Assembly: GCA_002633005.1 (NCBI GenBank) | Contig: NMRA01000471.1 | Location: forward strand, 120,386 to 184,385 | Reading direction: 5' to 3' | Length of the DNA: 64,000 bases | Source of the DNA: Phoronis australis | Taxonomy: Eukaryota > Animalia > Phoronida | Shown here: positions 36,376-48,620 of the stretch, piece by piece | Numbering within the stretch: position 1 is the stretch's first letter | Layout of the letters: each line of letters begins with the position of its first letter | Notes under the pieces: generated by a model | Databases searched by the model: none | The model's input: only the letters and a program-made list of their open reading frames with translations | Told to the model about the DNA's origin: nothing | Program-made: the position numbers and the translations under genes

Positions 36376-39300
36376 ATGGAATCCTCAGACAGTTCTGATA
36401 TTGAACTTGAAGAATATGATTTTCAAGAATTTGTTGAAAACACTAAATTGCCGCAGACGGTGAAAGTTACTGATGGTTGTGTAGTTGATGAAACAAGGTC
36501 TGACGATGAGGACGAGAATGAGGTTGGTTTTCCAACCGGTGATGTCATCACTCTGTTGCGTCTTGTCCATCCAAATGACGTCCAGTTGTCATTTTTTGAC
36601 GTGGCATCCGGAAGAAAGACCATCACTGCCTCTGCCGATTCCTATGCCCAGTTCAACATTTTGCCCTACGACCCAGTGTCTGGTGATAGAGAACCCAGTC
36701 ATGTTTTTAGAACTGTTGCTGATCTTGTGCAGGCTTGCCCTCCTACATTCCTGGCTGGATGTTCTTATAGATCGGCTATCGATGGAAAAGCTGTTTTCAA
36801 TAAAGGAGACAGGCTGAAAGCTATCCGTTTAAAAAGAAGTAATGGAACTGTACACTTAGAATGTAAAAAAATCAAAGGGACTACAGTATTCTATCTGCCT
36901 ATGGAATGCAGGGGAGATTTTACTGCCCTGCTAGTTCGTGATTATTTTACTTTAAATGCTATTATGAGCTCACTCATCCCGTGCCAGAGGAGGTTAAAGC
37001 TTGCAGATGACGTTCTGAATTCAAGACATAACATTGCTGGCCTTCCTTCTAAATTCATGGGGGAAATTATTGTGGACTGTCCAAAACCATACGTAGAAAT
37101 CTGCCATTCTGAAAGTCCCGGTGATGTCACCACATTACCTGTGGATTGGGAAATGAGAGTAAGTGTTAGAGATGAGGATTACTTCAGTGTCGATATGCAG
37201 CCACACTTCATGCTGAGCGACTTTGTGATGAAAAATAGTGAAAATTTACCAATGAAAATCCGCGTCATTGGCTGGGATGAGTCAACAGATGTTATGGATA
37301 GTCACGGAGTGAAACCTGGGATAGAGATGAAACTGGTGAAATGTGAACCGGTGTTAAAAGCATTGTTGAGTGGTCCTGACTCATATTATGCCCTTCCCCT
37401 GCATAACAGTTGGCGCTTCAGTCTTTGTCCCGGAACATTTCTAGGTGTTGCAGAAGTGAGAGCAGTGAAGCCTGTCTCATTGTTAAGGGTTGAAATTGGA
37501 GCGCCATGCATTATCTTAGGTTTATCTCCCCTGGAAATTGGTGATGTGTTGAAGTATGTTGGTGAAGAAGAGTACCAATGTTCAGAAGGAACACCTATTA
37601 GAGTTGTGCGGTTTGCCAAGTACTTCCTAAATGGTCAACCAGTGGGTACCACCATCAGTGTTCCCGATTATCTTGGTGGACGATTTGTGGAGTTTGGTGA
37701 CCTGTTTGACAACGACTACAGCCTTAAAGAGATTGTGACTGACATGAGCCTGCCTGTCACTATAAAACAAGTAGTTTCAGAGGAGTGTGACTATGAAAAT
37801 CTAACCTTGGATCCTACACAGAAGTTTGAGATCACTTGCTGCATATCTGATGTGTGCCTGTGGGCCAACACCGAGAAATATTTATTCCACTTGCCATTGA
37901 GATCAAAGCTGTTTGTGATTTGCATTGAAATGTTGGACAAATCTTCCATAGTAACTGCGGAGGGCTCCTCGTGGTCTATGTGGAATGACTGTCCAGAGGT
38001 CCTCTCTAGTGAAACATTCCATGAACTGAAAGCGACTGCAAAGTTGTATGAGGATTTAATGGTCGACCAGGAAGAAGCTCCCAAATTGCCACCACGGTCT
38101 CCACGACAACAGTAAGTTGTTTTTACTTACTGTGTATTTAGACCACTGCATAAGAAGTAATGCATTTTTAAAGAAAAAGTTGTACTTGAATGCTTCATAT
38201 GACTATGCTATGCTTGTGCCTATAGCTGCAAGGATGTGTGTAAGGATTTTAAGACTGAGTCTTAGTGTTGTTCATTTAATTAAAACTGAATGCCAATCTA
38301 TGCTTATCATTATTATGTGCCCATATGTTGGTGCATATTGCCATCATCTCTGTCTGGGCATGTGGGAGTCCGGGTCTGCTGCTGTTTATCCTGAACCCCT
38401 CACAGGATATTGATGAGATTTGGCAGATGTGCTCCTATGAAGCTGTCGACGGATGACGACAATATCTGACCTGTCTGAGCCTTCTAGTGGCAATTTTAGT
38501 TTTTGACATTTACCTCTGTTTCTTCGGAGGTCCTCGACAGATTTTCATAAAATTTGGCAGTTTTAAGGCATCTATTAGTGTGATGGATTAAAGATATTTT
38601 GCACCACCTGGTGGCCATTTTTACTGTTTTCGAATCTGTTTTTGGCGTCCGCCCCTCTGTCAACCAAACCACTCTAAGGATTATAATTGTGAAAATCGGC
38701 ATATATACTTCTATTGTGAAAAAGACGGCATTTCCTAAATGTTCAACAGGATCTTTACTTATTAGACTTAAAGCAAATTTATTTATATGGAGTTGACAAT
38801 GCACAACGACTTTCAAACAGATCAGATTACCAGTGCACCCCCTAGTAGCTATCCATTCATTTTCGGATTGATTCAAGGTATTTTATGCCATCTAGTGGCC
38901 ATTTTTATTGCTTTCGAGTCGACCAAACCACTGTGAGGATGATATGACCCCCATCTGCTTAAAACACTGACCAGTTCTTAACCTAGTTATTGTAAGCAGT
39001 CATTTTGATATGATCCATTGTGTACTTTTTTGTACAATGGTGATGGATGCTGGTCGCCAGAGCTTGCTACATTTTCCATTCAGTCATATTTTAACTCTAA
39101 ACGTGTCTTCTTCGTTAATAACGTGAGACATTTGCTGTTGTTAAATTACTTCACTGCTTCACCAGGTGTGCTATATCGTACCCTGAGGTGCAACCCATGT
39201 CAAGATGGACCCCTGTCCCTCAAGCCCAAGCAGCACCCAGGCCAGCAGCACGTCGCTCTGCTGAAAAGTCTAAAAGGACACCTGACCGACAGCAACCAAG

Positions 39301-42300
39301 TGTTTCTACAAAGGGTACTCCAACTGGTAAGTTTTGCCCTTTGGCAACATAACACATATTTAGGCTCATGTACCTATTATGTGTTATTACAATGTTTCCC
39401 CTACTGTACATCCTTGATTGATTGAAAACACTCCTGTTCACAGGTGTTTGCCTCACGCTGGCTCTGTTCTATTAAGCTTGTGGGCTTCCTGCGGTGTGTT
39501 ACATTCACACTCTCTGCTTGTATGCCCTTCTACCTGTTGTCAATGTTTATTTCGCTTTTCCACCTTATTCATTGTACCAAGTGCCCAAGAATGAGACATG
39601 TGGTATCGAAATACAGCTAGTATTTTTTAACTTCTTCGTTCGTAATATCTATAATGGGCAATTTGCTTTACAACTTCACACTTTAAGATCAGAAATTGTA
39701 CAGTGTATGAGAAAGTGTATGTCAAGCTGTACAACAGAAACTACAGCCGTGTTTTCAATCAGGTGTGTGTTAATGAAAAGCTGCTATTGAACCATACTGA
39801 TCCGGCCATATAGATCCATATTCCAATGAATACAGCTGTGCCCAGGTCCAGCTGTAAGCGCATGTCTACTGTAAAATTTAAAAATAGTACGTGATGTGAA
39901 TGAAACTTATCAGAGGGATAGGCACTGGCATGTTGTTTTCATGTACAAAATTACGGACAAAACCAGTAAAATCACTCACACATTTATATTCAAGGGATAG
40001 CCGGTTGTACTTCTATTTCAAGCTGATGTGAAAACTATTGTGTAATTAAAATATATCCATGAGTCTGGTGAAAAATGCTGTTTTTTCGTCGACCCCAATA
40101 TAAATCCCTAGCACCTGTTGTATTAACTTTGTTGTCATTGCAATAAGCAGGTGTAGGGGCAGCAGAGGTTGCCCGCCCCAAGAATAACGAAACTAAAAAA
40201 ACTCTGACATCAGTTTCTTTTGAGGATTTACTTGAAAATCAATTTTTCCTTTAAAAATTTTTGTTGGGCCCCTTTTCCCTTGTAAATCTGCCAGAGTTTG
40301 GAATGCTAGCATACCCCCTGATAAGATTTGTTAACTTTGTAAAACAGTGTTATTGCTCTTAATTTTGAATTCAAATACATCATTTAACTGACAAGAATTA
40401 AAAATGTTTTTGTCTCAGAGGACCATTTGAATTGTTTTGGTTATAGATCATATTCAAAAACTCTGGTAAGTCTTCCACAATTAAAGCTCAGTATTCTGTT
40501 CCACAAACGAACCATAATAATATGACGATTATATCTTGGGGGCAATCCAACCCATGTCACCTCTCATGGCAGCAAAAGGAGCTAAGCGATGGATCCCAAA
40601 ATAATACATCAGAGCTCTGTTTTGTACAAAGTTATGACAACGAAAATCTTGAAATCCCCACAGACTCCAGAGCAATATTCCATAATGGGTTGTACAGAGG
40701 CGGAATAGACATGGTTGAAAGTTGTATAGCCTGTATCTCAGGTTTTAAAATTTAGAAAATATACTACCGAGAGCACGGCCAGCTAGATCACTCGAAATTT
40801 GAGCAATATCTTGAAAATGTAAAGACGTGGTAGATCGACGTAGTATAACTTGCACTAGTTGAATTTCTGTCACTGACCCAGGCAGACGGTATTGCTTCCT
40901 AAGTCCAAAAAGGAGTTATATTAGGTCTAAGGGAAAGGTTTTTAAAAATGTTTAGATTTTTTAAATAAATATTATTTTAATACTTGAGAATATATGGTAA
41001 CAGGGTCTAGCTTTCAACACAGTAGAGAGCTTGGTGGCTGCGCTGCCAACAGGCACACAGTTTTATGACATAATGAGGAGGCATAAAGGATTTCATATGG
41101 CGACCAATCGCCTCAATTAGCTGGACTGAAGTCAGGGCTATTGTATTCCCATTACTAAGAAGTAACCTACAGTCTTCCAACCCTCAATTTTTACATGTAC
41201 TGGTCAATTTTTACCCATAGTGGGGTCGTCATGGCATTAATAAAAAGGTGTTGCGTGCAGATCATGCTAGGAATGTGTCCTTGGAGATGTCTGAATTCTT
41301 GATATTTAGGTCTCATTCTTTTTCCGGTGATGGCAATTTGCTCTGTATCTTGTGAGTAACCGTATTTCCATTTTGTGATTGTGTAATGTTTTCTTTCTTT
41401 AGACAATCGCTACGGCCAACTTTCCAAACCAACAACTTTGCCTAAACCTCCTGCAGTAACCTCTAAAGTGACCTCTGAAGTGACATCTGAAGATGAAAAT
41501 GAGTACGAGGAAGGTAAGCATTCTCAACATGACATGGTAGGTCGTGGAACTGGAACATTTTGGCCTCTTTTTCATGTTATGTTCAATATTGTCCAACATC
41601 AACAAGCAGTTCTCGTGCAAAAATGAATGTGGTTATAGATTAGTTGCCTATTGATGACCTGTTTGTGTTTGTGGACCTAGCTTTCAAGCCCATCTAGGGC
41701 CCTTCATTGGGATACTGGTGAGAATCTTCATGTCATGTGGTCTCCAGTGGGTGGTTCTTGGTGGCTGTCCACCACCACGTGGTGGCTGCCACTTGCGAGG
41801 AGGCGCTTGTAAATAGTTGGTAATTATATATCCACTATCTCTGTCTTGCTAATTTTTATGGACCTTTTAAAAGCTTTTGACTCAGTGGATCATTCAATTT
41901 AATTTGGCTGTTGAAAGCCTATTAAAATAACTATCTTCACGTGGTTTTTGAAAGCTTTCTGACTAAGAGTTGCTGTAGCAGTCAAGGCTCTTGTGGTAAT
42001 TGCTCAACTTCACTCAAAAGGAACTGAGTGAAATTACTTTTAATGTACTTTTAATGTAACTGCTGCCACACAACATTTTTGCTGATGGAACTCTTTCCAT
42101 AACGCAATTTAATGGGGAAGTAATTTTGCTTTCATTTGTTTAAAAATTCTGTATACCACTTACTGCTACTGGACTGCTGTCTTAGAATTGCATAATAATT
42201 CTCTGAAAAGAACAAGTCTACACAGTATTACATTTTCAACAAGCATTATAGATACTTGGCCTGTGTGTCAGTGAGTATAAGATGCTGGGCAATTAATGCT

Positions 42301-45014
42301 GTTCTCTACCTTTAATAATGTGGTAAAATTTCCCCAGTTTGGGTAGTGAAAAACGATTATTTTACTCAAAGTTGCAGACTTTATCAAATTTTAGAAAGAG
42401 GCAATGTTTGCCATCCTGAATTGATATCTATGACAAACGATTGGTCACCTCTCACACTATGTTGGCACACGAAAACTGTGCCTTGGGGACTATTTTTGAA
42501 GATTTAGTGATCGACTTTCCAAGTCTGTTTTTATACTCAGTTGATATAAAATACACTTTCCAATATTTGAGAAAAGAAACCGGTACTCCATAAAAGAGTC
42601 AAGGTCACAAGTGACACAGTGTGTCACTCATTCAGTTAGACAAGGCAAACACCTGGGCTGTACAGTTTCTGTGAAGGAGTTATGCCCAAGACTAATATAT
42701 CCTGCTTAGGTTTGGGCCATATAACTGAAGTTACTTTGATGATGCCTGAAACTGCTCCCAGTAGGCGCCTCAGAGCACTTGTCGTTGGTGTGTGATTATG
42801 GTACGTGTATCCACCACTATAAGTGTCTCTGAGCACTTGGCGTTGGTGTATGATTCTGGTGTATCCACCACTAGGTGTCTCTGAGCACTTGCCTTTGGTG
42901 TGTGATTCTGGTGTATCCACCACAAGGTGTCTCTAAGCACTTGCCATTGGTGTGTGAGTATCCAAGGTTCATCCCAAAATGAGCTTCATGATATCAGTGA
43001 CTCAAAACAGGAAATTCTATATTTTTGTTTCAGTTGATGACTACGACTATTGCGATGCCACAGATGTGAAGCAGTTAGCGGGAAATGTTGAAAGTAAGCT
43101 ACTTTTTCATTCCAGGAAGTCTTTAGTTATTCTTAAGCTGTTCTTATAGATGTGACCTACATAATCTATAGGAGCTTCTTATACACTTGTACAAGAGCAG
43201 CTGACATGAATCATGTTTGTCAGGAAATGGAATGTAACACAGAGATGCTAAGAATTCTGGAGTTTATTATTTTGGTAAATTTGATGAATATGATGGATGG
43301 AGTGGGTGTAGAGATTGTGTTTATTGTTAGTGAAAACATGAATACCTGTGTTGATCACCTCAGTGTGAATTATGGTTAGAATCTCACCAATATTATAAAC
43401 AATAATTGAAACTTTAGTTTTCACCAATAATTGTTTTACAGCTATGCCAGTGAACAGGCAGTGTTTGGAGAAATAGTTAGGATTTTTGGACTGATGTTTT
43501 ATACATTACATGAATTTATTGAGATGTGTAGTGTTAGTGACGTCAATGTCTGTGGCTGAAGAGTCTCTTCAGATGCAGTTCTCATATTTTGGAAATACTG
43601 GTTTCAGAAGGATATCTGATACGTTCATGATTTAATTTACTCTGATGAGAGTTTTAAATTACATGTTCTCAACACCCATGCATTACTCATTTCTTTGGAG
43701 TTCAGAAATGTTCATATTTCAATCTTGGAATCATCCGAGAGACCAGAGTATATACTATAGTCATTCCTGTGTTCTGGGATACATTGTCACAACTGCCTGT
43801 TATATTTTATTGTTTACAAGAACAAGTGTAGAGCCCTCTAATGATTCTACTGTAACAACTTTTATCAAATGATGGAGATGTAGAGCATGGTATTGCTTTT
43901 TAATATTGGTTACAGTAAAATGAAAAAGTTTGAGCAATGGTTTTGGTGGCAACACTTGCTCCCCTTAGTGGCAAGTTTAGTTTTACTCTTAGTGTTCATT
44001 GCCACTTCCTGTCTCCTCAAACCATACTTTACAATCAATGTTGATACTGAGTTGTTCAGGATTTACTGCAGTGAAAATTCTTTAATTTGGGACAAAAATA
44101 TTTGATAATATTTTCATATTTTTGTTTTTCAGAGGCTTGCAATATTGTTGCAAATGCTCAAAATTTTACCAAGTGTTATTTGGTAATACCTACATGATAC
44201 AAACGGTGGTTAAGTCTATGTAAATTTTCCCTATTTGTTATTTTTGCCGAGAAATTTGATGAAATAAAATTTCACCTGTCTGCCATATTGTGTTCCAAAC
44301 TGAAAAGAATTTTATTTTTGAGGGCCCTCTTGCTATCACTGAAGAGGCCACCCTCATTTTAAATATCACAATTATAAATAAATAAATATTTAAGTGGTAA
44401 TTGTTTTTTATGCTGAGGCTGTCAAAAGCTAAATCTGAGATTTGGTCTTTCAAGAAATAACAATCTTGTTTTTTGCTATGAAATCAAACAACTTTTATGT
44501 CTATTGAGCGATTGTGAGAAAAGTTGTGCTACATTAGTGTCATTGAATAAGACACAGTGTAGTGAAAACGCATTATTATGGTGACCACACTGTGTTGAGG
44601 TTGATAAACATGCCTCATGTCTCTCACTGTCTATGCCAGTGAATACAAAATGCTATTGCTTCTACAAATGGTGTAATTTATTAGAAGTCAAATTTTGTTT
44701 CTTGTCTGTTGCTGGTTTTCAGCACTTCTTTGTTTTCTATTGCAGAAACCGTCAAAATTCCCAAAAGTGGTAATCTATACAACTTCTCGGTAGCTGAGTT
44801 GGCGACATTCTTCAGGTCTCTCAACGTTGAAGAACATGTGGTTGCGCGCTTGAAAAATTCGCAAGTCGACGGGAAGAAGTTTGCTGCAATGACTGATGTG
44901 GATATGAATATGTACGGCCTGTCGAATAACACTGTTGTCCAGCATTTTAAGAGTACCACCAAACCACAGCCGAAACTGAGGACCATGTTCCATAAGTTGA
45001 CCAAACGGTCATAA
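36376..45014 (+). CDS. CABIT-domain adaptor (Themis/GAREM-like): two CABIT-like modules, Pro-rich motif, Tyr motifs, C-terminal SAM-like domain; ~778 aa
   Basis: Phase-consistent exons: 36376-38111 (CA|GTAAGT), 39166-39326, 41403-41513, 43034-43093, 44746-45014. CABIT-like starts FQEFVENTKLPQTVKVTDG and LSDFVMKNSENLPMKIRV; YLPMECRGDF; APKLPPRSPR. The last exon (FSVAELATFFRSLNVEEHVVARLKNSQVDGKKFAAMTDVDM) resembles a SAM domain. Domain calls are by motif recognition, not HMM. Confidence 0.8.
42760..42960. repeat. ~48-bp minisatellite x4 in a CABIT-gene intron
   Basis: Units of GGTGTCTCTGAGCACTTG.C.TTGGTGTGTGATTCTGGTGTATCCACCACTA. Confidence 0.85.
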
Positions 45015-45249
45015 GTGTCATTCGTGGTGAAAATTATCCATTTTAGGACAGTCTCTAAAATTTTAGACACCGAAGTTTTCTTGATTCTTAAGATTAGGAC
45101 ATGGGGGATTTTGGTATTCATTACATTTGTCAAATTTCATGCAGTACGTTTGTGAGTCAGCAAAGTCGATTTATAGACTCGTCAGTTCATGAAGTCGTCT
45201 TGTGCAACCCTATAGTGTGTAACATGGAGGTGAATGATTGTTTATGTAC

Positions 45250-45297
45250 GCACACACATACACACACACGTACACACACACATCACACACACACACA
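45250..45297. repeat. (CA)n microsatellite in the CABIT-gene 3'UTR
   Basis: Interrupted CACACA run. Confidence 0.85.
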
Positions 45298-46118
45298 ATG
45301 AGTGCTACTTTGCAGGATCTGGAGCCGTCTCAATCCTATTTGTCAGGAATAAGTCCATTGGTGACGACTCGCATGTAATTTTGTGCATGTAAAGGTCGGG
45401 AGGGATTCCGCTTTTGAGTGACAAGTTAAGCATATTTATATTAAATGCCATCTTCAAAGTGACAACTCAGTTGCGTATGTTTACATGTAAGTGAATGGTT
45501 GTGTAATTGAGACGAAGAAACGTGACGACTTACGCTGACTAGTGAGTTATGCGACGATGAGTTAGGTGCATGTGTAACAAACAAGTTTGATAACAACCAT
45601 TCATTCCTAACTGGCTGTCATCAAGTGTGGACCAACACGTTAAGATAGATTGAGAAGTCTGTACTGAGATGTTATTAGTCGTGTGCAGAGCTTTAGCATG
45701 TAGACGCTGCTTGTTGAAAATGATGTGAATTCTGCACTTACAGCTGTTAGCCCTGGCGTCTGACTGATATTAGATAGCCTGTTGTCATATGTTTTGAGAT
45801 AGAAACCGTACACTAATGTACTACAAATATTTGCAGGTGCGTTGATATCTCCGTCTCGAAAATTGAAATTTTTATGCGAGGTAACAGCAGTAGAGAACCT
45901 TGGTTTAGCGTACTTTTATGTTGAAGATAAATATTGAAATTGTGTATTGTTGAACATTTGTAGGTGTAGGGAGTGTTATCGTCAATATGTTCTCTATATA
46001 ACCAGATTGCTTGTGAAAAGTTGTATGGGAAACCTTTTTTCCTTGTAGACTTTACGTAAGTTAAGTTATAGGTGGTCGGAATGTAAAACTCTCAACATAA
46101 CCTTAATGACCCATTCCT

Positions 46119-46291
46119 AATTGACCTATCGCAAGCTCCGCCCCCTTGCGAAGTCGACAAACAGTAGGTCTTACCCGGCAACCTGTTGTTTGTCTGGTAA
46201 AATGGGGGCTTGGAAACGAAGGTGTGTCAAGAATGCTGCGTTATGATGGGGCAGTTAAGGTGTCGCTCAAAATACTGCCGATAGGTCAATT
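46119..46291. mobile_element. 173-bp MITE-like element with 13-bp perfect TIR
   Basis: AATTGACCTATCG (46119-46131) and CGATAGGTCAATT (46279-46291). Confidence 0.7.
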
Positions 46292-47174
46292 GATGCTGCA
46301 TTCTGTATTGTCATGGTAAATAAGTGCACAAACTTCAGTGGGGTTTGGTGTAGAATTTCACATTGGTGATTTATAAGTTGGTCATGAGGAACAGAGTCCA
46401 GGTAAAAATTGGCCATTAGTTGATGATCATCTGATTGTTGAAGTTTGCTAATGTGAACTCAATGGCCCACTGAATTCAGTCCAGCTGCTGGGGCTGCTTG
46501 GTCACCTTGCAATCCTTTGACACCTCATTATGTCATAAAACTACGTGTGCCTGTTGACTGTTGGCAGCCTATCCAGATGGCTCTCTATTGGGCTGTCAGG
46601 GAATGGAGTTCACAAATTTAATTGAGTTTTGTTTTGAATTTTCACCTGTACAAGGCCCATCACGTGAAGGATTGACGGAGACTATGCTCGGCGCATGAAA
46701 TGACTCAACCAGCATTTCAAGCCAAACTGTAGACTCTTGGCTCGAGCAATAACTGGCTGTCAGTTGGGTTGCAGCCCTGAAATCAACTGAATTTATCTAA
46801 GTAATGATTTGGGACCACTTTCATAGCCATAAATCATTTGAATCAAGTTCTTTTCTAATGGAAGGTGGGTCTATAGCCACGGCATCTTTTTCAATTTGAA
46901 AGGTCAAGGTCATAAGGTGTGTTGTTATAGTATCACAACTACTGTTTCACCATTCTTAAGTGACTCTCAAATAACAACTGGACACAATGTCGCATCGTTG
47001 TCGGTTTTTCTGCTTAGTGCTTGGAAGGAAGGAAATAACGAATGAATGCTATATCTTGGCATCAGCTAAATTGCTTATTTTTGCAAAGGAATTTGTATAT
47101 TAAAGCAACAAAGTTTACTAGGGAACTGCTTCTCAGACTCTATTGTCTTTTGGCTACAGATCAGTCTGTGGATG

Positions 47175-48105
47175 CTGTGGCGGAACTAGGATATCACAAA
47201 GGGGGGGCCAACATTTTGTCTGTAAACATTTGCGCAAAGCACAATTACAGATGCGCATAGCACAAAGTGGGGGAGGTTGGGAGGGGGTTTGCCCCCCTCC
47301 CGTCCCGCCAGGAAAATTTCTGTTTTTTCGTCTAAAAATCAAGTATTTTCCTTGATTCCTGAAGTATTATCCAAGAAAAAAAGGCGAACGTGTCAAACTT
47401 GAAAAACTGCAATTACCACAGACTCGAACTCATGACCTGGCGGACAGAGCGCACGTGTTTTACCACTGCACCACCATGATTTCATTCGTAATTTGATTTT
47501 AAGAGACCTACTTGTTTATGGTCCACAGCGTTTGCGCGCGAAACCTACTTCTTTTTGTAATGTTTATTACACTTTTTATGTTTTGTGCAATCAGTTCGTA
47601 ACAAATTTGTTGTACTTAAAATAGTTTTCAATTGCCCAAAAGACCAAATTCGTTTTTTGTGTTGGCATTAATGACGCGATTGCTCTGGAAATCGTCTTAA
47701 GTTAAGGTTTGACAAAGAATTATGAGTTTCTGAGCAATTCACTGAGGCTTCGATTAAAATTCACATCATACCAGCAGATTCCATTTTCTTTAAAAAATGA
47801 AGTGATTTTCTTCATTGCGCAGTGAAGCAACGGAAACGGAGTCGTAGTGCGCAGCACCACTGCCGGTCGTCTAGGATACTTAGCCATAGTTCCGTTACGA
47901 TTGCGCCGTGTTCCGAATTTGACACTTGAAATTGGATCTGAGCCCCCCAAACGCACTAAAACTGCACACATTTAAATCTTGTTTCAGCCGTATAATGTTA
48001 ACTACCAGGGTTAATTAATAAACTTCACATTTCCCTATGCTCTTGCCGTTTTATTTTTTTTGCGGCAGCCAAGGGGGGGTCGCCCTCTCCCTAAATCCGC
48101 CTATG
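47175..48105. mobile_element. Non-autonomous DNA element with C.GTGGCGGA..TAGG / CCTA.ATCCGCC..TG ends and G/C-run subtermini
   Basis: Left end CTGTGGCGGAACTAGG..GGGGGGGCC; right end GGGGGGGTCGCCCTCTCCCTAAATCCGCCTATG. No clear TSD. Confidence 0.6.
47417..47478 (-). mobile_element. tRNA-derived SINE head (Pol III A and B boxes)
   Basis: Minus strand TGGTGCAGTGGTA (A box) ... GAGTTCGAGTC (B box) at tRNA-like spacing. No intact cloverleaf. Confidence 0.6.
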
Positions 48106-48577
48106 GGATAGCTTAGCCTGTTTTAGAAAACCTGTCTACAACTCAAAGCCACTAAGGCATATATCCCTCACCTTCATGGTTTAGTCTCCAATGCCGCGTC
48201 TCATCTATTAAATTTTAGTTGAAGATTCTTGTGTAAGGAAAGGTTCTATTAAGTTAGTTAAGAATGCGATTTGATTGGAATTTATACAGAATGTTTTATA
48301 GTAGTTATATGCATGTTGTGTGGTTGACAATCATGAATGCTTTTAATTTATTTTTCTACGATTTTTAAGGTTGGATTTTTTTTCTAACTCTTTATGCATG
48401 CAATATGGCAGAGGAATTTTTGATTCCAATATTCCAAATGTATACGTCTTTGTAAAATTGCTGAGGTTGTAATGTGGCTATATCATTTCTAAAATCTGTT
48501 GGTCTATTTACTCCAACATCTAACCTTTCTAGAATGGCATGACACGTGTGCCGATTTGTCTATTAAAGAATGTTACA

Positions 48578-48620
48578 ACATCTGAAGAGGCCAAAGAAGT
48601 GACTGACTGAAACATCATGC
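48578..48620 (+). ncRNA. Degenerate minimal type-I hammerhead ribozyme (PLE-type)
   Basis: CAT-CTGAAGA-GGCCA-aagaagtgac-TGACT-GAAAC-ATC-ATG. Both core boxes are intact and stem I is CAT/ATG. Stem II has one mismatch, and the usual GAAACGTC reads GAAACATC. Confidence 0.5.

Noticed and set aside
47417-47478. Functional tRNA gene
   Set aside because: A and B boxes are present but no acceptor or anticodon stems can be formed.
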